Under the pieces are notes generated by a model. That model did no database searches. It was given only the letters and a program-made list of their open reading frames with translations, and had not been told where the DNA came from. DNA of 10,354 bases, taken from positions 1 through 10,354 of the forward strand of contig NW_021827465.1 of NCBI RefSeq assembly GCF_006345805.1. Reading direction: 5' to 3'. Source of the DNA: Octopus sinensis. Lineage: Eukaryota. Positions 1-8,324 of the stretch are shown here, piece by piece (position 1 is the first letter of the stretch; every line of letters begins with the position of its first letter). A program made the translations under genes and the position numbers.

Positions 1-2
1 AC

Positions 3-620
3 GATAAGAATGGTTTGTCACTCTATAGTGCAAGTCATGGAACACCATTGAAAGGACTAGAAGAAAATAGGGAAGCCAACTCTTGGTGTGATAGCCACAA
101 ATACCAGAGTGTCATGTTCGTTGCCACCACCCCCTTGAGGCGAAGTGACGTACCACTTTAGAAGGGCCCTAGACAAACTTAAGCTATATATTAAGGTTTT
201 TGAAGGCCAGGCACACCCTATCAAATCCCTATTCGGTAGAACCCTACCCTTTAGTAGAACCCCCCTGTACTGAATAGGAACTGTACTGTGTGTAGATTTT
301 AGCCCACAAACAAACTGTAAAAGCCAGAAATGTAGTCTATAGTATAGATGTATAGAGGGACGATGCAGTAACAGACAACGACGTACATTAGGGAAACGCA
401 CGAGCATAGGAGAGTGGAATAAATGAGCATTGGAGGGAACTTAAGGAAGAGACGATCTCATCGCTTCTGTACCAACACGCCAGCAGGAACACAGGGCTCA
501 CTCAACAAAATAGAAGTTAAAATTTTGTCCACACAGACAGACGCAATGTTAGACAAATACACAGAAGCTACACACATAATAGAAGATAAACCTAACCTTC
601 AATAGGAAACTGGAATGGAA
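3..620 (+). pseudogene. Frameshifted GIY-YIG endonuclease (C-terminus of PLE ORF)
   Basis: VVY..C / YI(G>R)ET / INEH / E-A..I / N motifs are spread over all three frames. ORF 423-605 captures only one piece. Confidence 0.75.
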
Positions 621-1025
621 CACTAGCACACGCACCAACACACACACAACATATGACAGAATAAGATCCCCATAAACTGATAACAATATGAACAAAATAT
701 AATACAATATACAGATAAACAAATGGAATTAAATAACTATATACGTTAACAATTTTTTTTTTAAATTAAAATAAATACAAGAAAGGAAAGAATAAAAATA
801 ATAAGTAGGTATAAACACATGAACAAAATAAATAAAAACAAATTAATCGAACGTGTACAAGCAGGGGATACAGATAATACAGGCACTGCCCCCCACCTCA
901 CACACACACACGCGCACTTACTAAGCATAGACACGCATAGGGGTGTACGCATGCGCAAATAAAGACACATACAATAAGAATACAAAAGTAAGGAGGGACA
1001 CACAAATAAGAAAGAAGAAAGCAAA

Positions 1026-1069
1026 GGAACACTGATGAATCACAGAAGTGTGACGAAAGAACTCTGGCC
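1026..1069 (+). ncRNA. Degenerate minimal type I hammerhead ribozyme (PLE-associated)
   Basis: CTGATGA 1032-1038; stem II TCACA/TGTGA (1040-1044/1049-1053) with a GAAG loop; GAAA 1055-1058; short stem III; CUC triplet ending at 1064. The base of stem II is an A.C mismatch and stem I is weak (CA/TG, then GG/CC). Confidence 0.55.
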
Positions 1070-1224
1070 AAAATACGGATTAATCTAAAAAATATAATAA
1101 GGCTGAAACAAATTAACACCAAAAATATAGTGCGTGTTATTGGCTAAACTAGCAACCTGACCATCCCCATACACAACAGTATCTGCTTCAACACCCGAGT
1201 TCACATCAAGAATCTTGCAAAACG

Positions 1225-1225
<1 letters not shown>

Positions 1226-1255
<30 letters not shown>
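1226..1255. repeat. (TA)n microsatellite
   Basis: Read directly from the sequence. Confidence 0.95.
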
Positions 1256-1258
1256 GAT

Positions 1259-1868
1259 AGTGACCGAGAACTTTGGAAATATGCTGTGCGTGAGAAGACC
1301 CGGCAGGGCAAGTAAGACCATAATCCGTGGCCTTTACCAGGGATGTAGCCAGCCCACTGTGCATACCTTTCCTTCTTTGGACACAAAACTCTGCTTGCGA
1401 AGACCTGTTGAGGTAAGTGAAATCGAAATTGAACCAAATTCGATGACTGGCACCCAGCGCTAGTGGAGCGCTAACAGCTCCATCCAAGCGGGATCACTGC
1501 CAGAGCAGCTGTCTGGCACGTAAAGCGCACCATTTGAGCGTGATCGTTGTCAGCGTCGCCTCACTGGCACTTGTGCCGCTGGCACGTGAACAAGACATTC
1601 GAACGAGGTTGTTACTAGTGCCGATGGACTGACTCCTGTGCATTTCCAGCGTGGCCGTTGCCAGTACCGCATGATTGGCCCTCGTGCCGGTGGCACGTAA
1701 AAGCATCCACTACACTCTCGGAGTGGTAGGCGTTAGGAAGAGCATCCACCTCTAGAAACTCTGCAAGATCAGATTGGAGCCTGGCGCACCCTTCTAGTTC
1801 GCCAGTCCTCAGTCAAATCGTCTAACCCATGCTAGCATGGAAAGCGGACGTTAAATGATGATGATGAT
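1259..1868 (+). mobile_element. 5'-truncated RTE-type LINE 3' end (last codons, ~550-nt 3' UTR, (TGA)n tail)
   Basis: SDRELWKYAVREKTRQGK* (1259-1315) resembles the DR..W+..V C-terminus of RTE ORFs. There is a terminal palindrome CCATGCTAGCATGG (1827-1840), then GGACGTTAAA and a (TGA)n tail (1856-1868). The element sits between (TA)n and (TG)n. Clade assignment is from motif recall. Confidence 0.65.
1447..1710 (+). repeat. Degenerate tandem array of ~5 units (46-66 bp) in the LINE 3' UTR
   Basis: Units start at about 1447, 1513, 1564, 1629 and 1675. Approximate consensus: CTGGC..GTGCCGGTGGCACGTAAAAGCACCATTCGAGCGTG..CGTTGCCAG. Confidence 0.7.
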
Positions 1869-1869
1869 A

Positions 1870-1871
1870 TG

Positions 1872-1912
<41 letters not shown>

Positions 1913-1924
1913 TTGTGTGTGTGT
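1870..1924. repeat. (TG)n microsatellite
   Basis: Read directly from the sequence. Confidence 0.95.
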
Positions 1925-2318
1925 TTATGTATACATATATCGTCTGTAAAAAGCATAGACCCGAAAGAAAAAGCACACTTGAGTAATCCGTCCATGAAGG
2001 GTTTTTGGAATTTGGCGATACGCCATAATGCTAAAACCTTTATTGACGGGAAAATCTAAGGTAATCTCATAAACAAGTCTTCCCCATTTTATATATGCAT
2101 ATATGTATATGCTGGCAAAACGTCCCCCCCCCCCGTCCCATGGACGGTGCTGGTTGTCAAACTTTAAACCAAATTTTCTCAAACACTTGTCCGACCGTCC
2201 CATAGGCCTCCCCTTTGAGAAACACTAATTTAACCTAAATTTTGAGACACCAGCAAAAGAAGAAATAAAGATAGACTTTTTTTCTATTCCAAGAAAAACG
2301 ATTTTATATAATAGATGT

Positions 2319-2320
<2 letters not shown>

Positions 2321-2367
<47 letters not shown>

Positions 2368-2420
2368 ATCCCTACCACCGCCTGACAAGCGGTGTTGGTT
2401 TGTTTACTTCCTCGGCAAAA
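2321..2420 (+). mobile_element. (TG)n plus an internal fragment of the same SINE family as 3241-3707, in opposite orientation
   Basis: TTTATCCCTACCACCGCCTGACAAGCGGTGTTGGTTTGTTTAC..TCGGCAAAA resembles the reverse complement of 3358-3426 (TTTGTCCCCCCAACATCGCTTGACAACC..TTCGGCAAAA), and it follows a (TG)n tract in the same way. Confidence 0.7.
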
Positions 2421-2429
2421 ATGTACTTA

Positions 2430-3223
2430 ATAACATCACCTGATAAGATTATCTAAATCCTGTTTAAGTCAAGTTTTGTTTATGGTTCATTCGAGTAGGC
2501 AGTTCTTGTTGAGTTGAATCCTGGTATGGGTGGCTTATCTGGTATTCTTTGAAGGAATCTATCCAGACCCCGTTTAAAAATTGATGGATCCTTTTCCTCT
2601 TTGATCTCTTTCGGGACAATGTTAAATAGGGCAGGGCCTGTTGAGGAAAAGAAATTATGTTGCTGTGTAACTATATGCTGTGATCCTGAATTGTGCAGGG
2701 GACGTATGGCCCGTGGTCCCAGCCTTGGATGAACCTTGAAACTAATGTTCAGGTCGTTTGGGCAAAGTTGGCGGTATATTCTCCACATCGTACAAATGAT
2801 GTACCGCTCACGGCGACGCTGGAGAGAGTAGAGTTTCAAGGCTTTAAGGCGATCCCAATAATCGAGAGCAGCCATGCCTTCAATTCGTTTAGTGAGTGCC
2901 CTCTGGGGTGATTCTATCCTCGAGATGTTTTGTCTTGTATGGGGAGACCACAGTGGGCAGCAGTATTCGAGGTGTGACCGTACAAAGGAGAAAAGTGGTA
3001 TGATGATACCTTGTTCTCTGGACCGGAAGGTTCTTAAGATCCAGGAGCTCATCCTACGAGCTATATCGACCTTATTGTTGATGTGGGCACTCCAACTGAG
3101 ATTGTTATCAACAATTACACCTAGGTCTCTGATATTATAAGATGCCGTGAGCGGTTCCCCTGAGAAAGAGAGCATGGCTGTTTTAGTATATCTTTCTTCC
3201 AAAATGCATCAGCTCAAATTTTC
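2430..3223 (-). mobile_element. CR1-like non-LTR retrotransposon, 3' fragment of ORF2 (after YADD; RT thumb/C-terminus), pseudogenised
   Basis: ORF 2480-3202 contains DLGVIVDNNLSWSAHI, WILRTFRSR, VRSHLEYCCPLWSP, RLKALKLYSLQRRRERY and FKRGLDRFL..IPDKP. KFELMHFG lies just upstream in another frame. Boundaries are approximate. Confidence 0.9.
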
Positions 3224-3240
3224 AAATTGGAGTTATACTT

Positions 3241-3707
<467 letters not shown>

Positions 3708-4326
3708 TGTATTTTAGAGACAAGTTTTCTCTATAGGTGTAGAAACACTTCGAAGTGCCCAAGAGATTAGAACTTGAGCCGTTAGATAAAACAACCACAA
3801 GTAAACTCAATACGTCTATTTAGTCGGAAAGATTTCAATGGAGGCAATACCAGCGGAAACTAGAGGAACATGACCTATTATCCAATACAATATTCAATAT
3901 ATATGTGTACTTTCATTGGGCATTAATAAATCAATATAAAGTTCCGAAACGGCTCGTCGATGGAACATTATCTTTGTGTATTAATATGTCACGTTAATGG
4001 TGTATAATTTCAAATTTTCCACCGGACTCTGTATTGTAACTTGTGAATCTTTATTACATTGTATCTTATCGTGTGAATTATTAATTCCATAAGTCTTATA
4101 TTATGTTGTTGTTTTATATTTTGCCTGTGTATTGATATATATGAGCATTTTTGAATTTTTTTTAATGCCTACAAGTTTTATCTTATATCATATCGACGTC
4201 TTATATATATATTTTATAACTATTTGTATATCTATTTATGTATTTATATATTTATAATGCCAATGTATTTTTTAAATATTTAAAAAATATTTTTAAATAT
4301 TTGCGTATTTTTAAATATAAAAAAAA

Positions 4327-4418
4327 AACGATATCACAAAATAATATAGGTAGAATTTTAAAAGTCCTACGGTTGTTTCAGGGGGCTTGGTGACCCTGAT
4401 ATATGACAGATATTAGGG
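4327..4418 (+). repeat. Left inverted arm, outer part (pairs with 7975-8064)
   Basis: The reverse complement aligns to 7975-8064 with about 14 differences in 92 columns (~85%, counted by hand). Confidence 0.9.
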
Positions 4419-4501
4419 CCTATTACAGTTCTATATTTAAGAGATGAGAAATTATGGACATTATTTACATTTCACGAATATTTGTCCTCATCTTGTTTGT
4501 T

Positions 4502-4547
4502 AACACAACGTTTCGGCTGATATACTCACCAGCCTTCATCAGATGTC
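4502..4547 (-). ncRNA. Minimal type I hammerhead ribozyme
   Basis: The minus strand reads GACAU-CUGAUGA-A-GGCUGG-ugaguaua-UCAGCC-GAAA-CG-UU-GUGUU. This gives both core boxes, a 6-bp stem II, a 5-bp stem I (GACAU/GUGUU, two GU pairs), a vestigial stem III within the palindrome AACGUU (4507-4512), and a GUU cleavage triplet. Confidence 0.85.
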
Positions 4548-4596
4548 TTGGGGAAATTTCGAACCTGGGTTCTCATTCCTAAAGTATTTTCCGATG

Positions 4597-4627
4597 TTAT
4601 TATTATTATTATCCTTATTATTATTAA

Positions 4628-4670
<43 letters not shown>

Positions 4671-4744
4671 ATTATTATTATTATTATTATTATATTATAT
4701 TATTATTATTATTATTATTATTATTTATTATTATTATTATGTTG

Positions 4745-4779
<35 letters not shown>
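4597..4779. repeat. (ATT/TAA)n microsatellite
   Basis: Read directly from the sequence. Confidence 0.95.
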
Positions 4780-4782
<3 letters not shown>

Positions 4783-5744
4783 TAGTTTTATTTTATAGCG
4801 TGCTTTCACTTCACTACCGAGCGCAGCTCTGTGTGCCTTGGGTATGTGCTGTGATTTGTTGTGATGCTCTGATGGTTATTGTATGGAAAGTGTTCTGCGT
4901 AGGATGTGTGCAGTGCCTAGTAGTGCATTTTCTGTATGTTATATGTGTTTGTAAGTCCTGGTGTTTTAGTTATGTATTTATCTGAATATTTTTTTTATCA
5001 TGCCTAATGCACCTACTATGATAGGAATTGTTTCTGTTTTCAGGTTCCACATTCTGGTTACCTCTATTTCCAGGTCTTTGTATTTTGAGAGTTTCTCCAT
5101 TTCTTTAGAGACACGTTGTCATCTGCCGGTATTGATACATCAATTAGAAAGCATTTTTTTTCTTCATGATCTCTGACAACTATATCTGGTCTGTTGGCCT
5201 AATTTCTCTATCTGTGTGTATCAGCATATCCCAGAGTATGGTTGCTTTCTCGTTTTCTGTGACCTTTTCTGGTGTGTGCCTATACCATCTTTTTTCTGTT
5301 GTTATTCCATAATGTTGGCATAGCTTCCAGTGTATGTAGGTCCCAACTCTGTCATGTCTGTGAATATATTCCTTCTTAGCCAGGACTGGGCAGCTAGAGA
5401 TAATATGATTTATTGTTTCTTGTCCATCTCCACATATTCTGCAGTTACTTGTAATATTTCTTTTCATTATATGTTTTGGTAATTTCTGGTGGGGAGGCTT
5501 TGGTCTTGTGCTGCAATTAAAATCCCTCTGTTTCTGCTTTGAGTCCTGAGCTTCTCAACTATTGCTGGGATTTTTCTTTGTCTATTTCTTTCGCGTTTAG
5601 CTTAGTGCAGTATTTACCATGAAGGGGCTTTTCTTGCCATCGTTTTATCATGGTTCGTTTCTGTTCTAGTTTTGTTTTGGATTTCATTTGTTGTATAGCT
5701 TTTTTGTTGTTTCTTCATCATCTTCTTCTTCATCATCTTCTTCT

Positions 5745-5745
<1 letters not shown>
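4780..5745 (-). mobile_element. R4/Dong-clade non-LTR retrotransposon, 5'-truncated (zinc knuckle, restriction-like endonuclease, 3' UTR), frameshifted
   Basis: WQEKPLHGKY, GLKAETEGF/IAAQDQSLPTRNY, CRICGDGQETINHIISSC (CCHC), HRHDRV, ILWD, NRPDIVV..CFLIDVSIP..KEMEKLSKYKDL (PD..D..K RLE), IPIIVGALG and LLGTAHILRRTLSIQ* (stop at 4876-4878). AATAAA precedes an (AAT)n tail, and (TAA)n flanks both sides. Confidence 0.9.
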
Positions 5746-5746
<1 letters not shown>

Positions 5747-5817
<71 letters not shown>

Positions 5818-5845
5818 TATTATATTATTATTATTATCATCATCA

Positions 5846-5877
<32 letters not shown>

Positions 5878-5917
5878 TATTATTATTAATTATTATTATT
5901 ATTATTATTATTATTAT
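5747..5917. repeat. (ATT/TAA)n microsatellite
   Basis: Read directly from the sequence. Confidence 0.95.
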
Positions 5918-6069
5918 CTATGTTTGAGTTTTGCTTTATATTTGTACAGTTGGCTCCAAGTCTCACCCACAGACCTCAAGAGACAACAGTTGCAAGTTCA
6001 TGTTGTTGTTATGCCTAGTGTGCCATATATTGGGGGGGGTAGTTTTTGGTGTTGTACTAATGAATGTCT
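5918..6069 (-). mobile_element. Probable short 3'-UTR fragment of a second (TAA)n-targeting R4/Dong-like element
   Basis: A unique ~150-bp island inside the (TAA)n array. The minus strand has a stem-loop AGGTCT-gtgggtg-AGACTT, then an A-rich stretch running into (AAT)n, the same layout as the Dong end at 4780-4875. No coding sequence confirms it. Confidence 0.45.
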
Positions 6070-6376
<307 letters not shown>

Positions 6377-6468
6377 TAATTGCCTGTAATCCAACTCGGA
6401 ATCTTGGAGTTAGTAGCCCACGCTCTTGCCCGTAGGCAATTATGGAATGAATTTTAGGGCTTATAAAT

Positions 6469-6850
6469 CTAATATTTTCCTAATACCAGTTCCCATATGC
6501 TGCTCATATCTGCACTCAGTCTGCTTAGGAGGTTGTTGTGTCCTAGCATATGTGCTGTTTCTTTTAGTTTTCGTATTTTCCAGTGGTGTTCTCTGTCTAT
6601 TATTTTAACTTCATCCCACATGGGGAGGTGGTCTCCATTTTTGCATACATGATCAGCTATACCCGATTTATCAATATCTCCACATGTCACAGCTTTACGA
6701 TGTTCATCTACCCTTATATAGAGGTGGCAGCATGTTTTGCCTTTGTATAACCTTATCATAGCTGCATGGGATGGAGTACACAGAGTCTTTGATCATATTC
6801 TCTTCTATTTGCGGCTTTACTCGAAGGAGATATTTGCGAAGTGTTGTATT
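6469..6850 (-). pseudogene. GIY-YIG endonuclease C-terminus of PLE ORF (one frameshift)
   Basis: NTTLRKYLLRVKPQIEENMIKDSVYSIPCS, frameshift, then LYKGKTCCHLYIRVDEHRKAV..KSGIADHV..GDHLPMWDEVKIIDREHHWKIRKLKETAHM..SIWELVL. This matches the VY.IPC / Y.G.T / R..EH / S..A.H / R...E pattern. Confidence 0.88.
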
Positions 6851-6854
6851 AGGG

Positions 6855-6893
6855 TCCATCATTAGGTAGCACCGCGACCTTCTTCAGGAGAAA
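6855..6893 (+). repeat. Left inverted arm, inner part displaced by the PLE insertion (pairs with 7936-7974)
   Basis: TCCATCATTAGGTAGCACCGCGACCTTCTTCAGGAGAAA compared with the reverse complement of 7936-7974, TATATTATTGAGTAGCACCACCTCGTACTTTAGGAGAAA. Confidence 0.75.
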
Positions 6894-6902
6894 AACTTAG
6901 TA

Positions 6903-7418
6903 CCGTAAATCTTCGAGTATAATCCGCACTTTTTTCCCAAAATTTAAAGGTCAAAATCCCTAGTGCGTACTATATACGAGGTTAAAAATGAAAAGTATTT
7001 TCTAAGCAATGTTCAAGTCTATTTGCTGTCCAGCAATGTTTATTCAGATGCATTTTGTGATGTCGAGCGTGAAAATACCTTAAGCTAAGCCTGAAAGCAA
7101 TGAAATCATTAAAGAATCATCTATAACTTGCAGTAAGCAACATTTATTAAAATAAAAGTATTCAGAACACAGAATAATATGTAACAAAAACAATTTGCAA
7201 ACATATTTACATTCCCGTATAACAGTTATGAACATCACCATTATTGTATTACGCATGCGCGGAAGTGTTTGTTGACTAGGTGTTGCTGGCTTAATTATGC
7301 ACGACTCAAGTTAGAGAAGGGGTGCGTATTATACACAAGGTTTAGGCTTTTCAGTTATAGCCCCTAAAAATCCCCTGCGTATTATACTCAAGGGCGGAAT
7401 ATACTCGAGGATTTACAG
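6903..7418. mobile_element. Non-autonomous Tc1/mariner-superfamily MITE (Tc2/pogo-like), 516 bp
   Basis: 25-bp TIRs CCGTAAATCTTCGAGTATAATCCGC (6903-6927) and 7394-7418 match at 22/25. TA flanks both ends (6901-6902, 7419-7420). Subterminal TGCGTA.TATA..C.AGG repeats occur near 6964, 7323 and 7376. No transposase ORF. Confidence 0.9.
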
Positions 7419-7693
7419 TATTAAAAAATTTTCCACCCCATCTTAATTTACTAAAACTCGCAAATATATTGTATATCTCAAATTTCTTTCAATTTTTCGC
7501 AGTCCAGCCAATTCTACTGTTTCCTGAGCTTCTAGCCCAACTCAGACAACGCTTATCAAAGCTCTACCACTTCGAAAAATACCAAACCAATTTCTTGTCT
7601 CATTAACAATAAATTTAACCACATCTTCACACCGCTTATTTTTTATCGAACCAGTTAATTCTTTAATAACCATCCTTTTTTTCACTAATTTAA

Positions 7694-7766
7694 AGGGTTA
7701 GGGTTACTTTAGGTAATGTGTAAGTTGTTAAACAACTTACACATTACCTAAACTAACCCTAACCCT
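7694..7766. repeat. Near-perfect palindrome (36-bp arms, 1-nt spacer, 1 mismatch) with TTAGGG/CCCTAA units at its outer ends
   Basis: AGGGTTAGGGTTACTTTAGGTAATGTGTAAGTTGTT-A-AACAACTTACACATTACCTAAACTAACCCTAACCCT. Confidence 0.95.
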
Positions 7767-7935
7767 AACCTTCTCCAACAACTCGCCATCTTATTACTAT
7801 CGGTAATCTCATTATGATCTTCAAATATTACTTCCTCCATCCACCTGCTTTCTATCTACCCCAACTCCCTTTCCTAATAGACATAGATCTATAAAATCAT
7901 TCAATCTATAACCTTCATCATGACATCATTTCAAA

Positions 7936-8064
7936 TTTCTCCTAAAGTACGAGGTGGTGCTACTCAATAATATACCCTAATATTGTCATATATCAGGAAC
8001 ACCAAGGCCCCTAAAACGGCCGTGGGACCTTTAAAACTCTACCCATATTATGTGTAATATCGTT
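7936..8064 (-). repeat. Right inverted arm (~130 bp)
   Basis: Inverted match to 4327-4418 joined to 6855-6893. Confidence 0.88.
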
Positions 8065-8186
8065 CTCTTTATCTAAGTTGGACTATGTATTCTTATAATC
8101 CACGCATATTGATGTTTTCCATTTCGACTAAATGCATTTTTATGTGTAAGTAGACGTGCCTAGTTTGATTTTCGCTGCTTTACTTA

Positions 8187-8187
8187 T

Positions 8188-8234
<47 letters not shown>

Positions 8235-8288
8235 TGTGTGTGTGTCTGGTGTGTGTCTGTGTGTTGTGTGTGTGTGTGGGGTGTGTGT

Positions 8289-8319
<31 letters not shown>
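8187..8319. repeat. Imperfect (TG)n microsatellite
   Basis: Read directly from the sequence. It abuts the LINE 3' end. Confidence 0.95.

Positions 8320-8324
<5 letters not shown>

Larger units (their letters stand above)
1..1225 (+). mobile_element. Penelope-like retroelement (PLE) 3' portion: decayed linker/GIY-YIG endonuclease plus 3' non-coding (pLTR-like) region
   Basis: Manual translation across many frameshifts gives KYQSVMFVATTP (99-134), GEVTYHFRRALDKLKLYIKVFEGQAHPIKSLFGRTLPFSRTP (139-264), Cys-rich PC..NCTVCR..TNCK, RNVVYSI (326-346), TYIRET (381-398, a YIGET variant), INEHWRELKEETISSLLYQHA (from 419), IEVKILSTQTDAML..EATHIIEDKPNL and NRKLEW (601-618). This is the motif order of a C-terminal GIY-YIG domain. 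A hammerhead-like core follows at 1026-1069. The 3' boundary at the (TA)n is approximate. Confidence 0.75.

Noticed and set aside
650-695. ATGAC...TGAT, resembling a SECIS core after the PLE ORF (some PLEs encode selenoproteins)
   Set aside because: The intervening sequence is too short for the SECIS upper stem, and the visible Cys codons are TGT/TGC, not TGA.
1447-1710. Repeat-spacer-like pattern suggesting a CRISPR array
   Set aside because: Units are degenerate along their whole length with no unique spacers, the context is a eukaryotic LINE UTR, and no cas genes are present.
1940-2066. Possible host exon ending at AG/GTAAT
   Set aside because: The only open frame stops just before the putative donor, there is no good acceptor, and the peptide is not recognisable.
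2174-2227. TTTGAGAAACACT, resembling a hAT terminal repeat
   Set aside because: No full partner TIR or 8-bp TSD was found, only a 9-bp inverted match.
3860-3966. GTTCC-GAAAC-GGCTC-GTC, resembling a hammerhead 3' half with GGAAC upstream
   Set aside because: There is no intact CUGANGA box or stem I, and GTTCC pairs equally well with GGAAC at 3962-3966.
4266-4289. Perfect 24-bp A/T-only palindrome
   Set aside because: Low-complexity context makes a chance or slippage origin likely.
6853-6887. Minus-strand CUGAAGA-A-GGUC...GACC, resembling half a hammerhead
   Set aside because: There is no GAAA box, and the segment is part of the inverted arm whose partner (7936-7974) lacks the motif.
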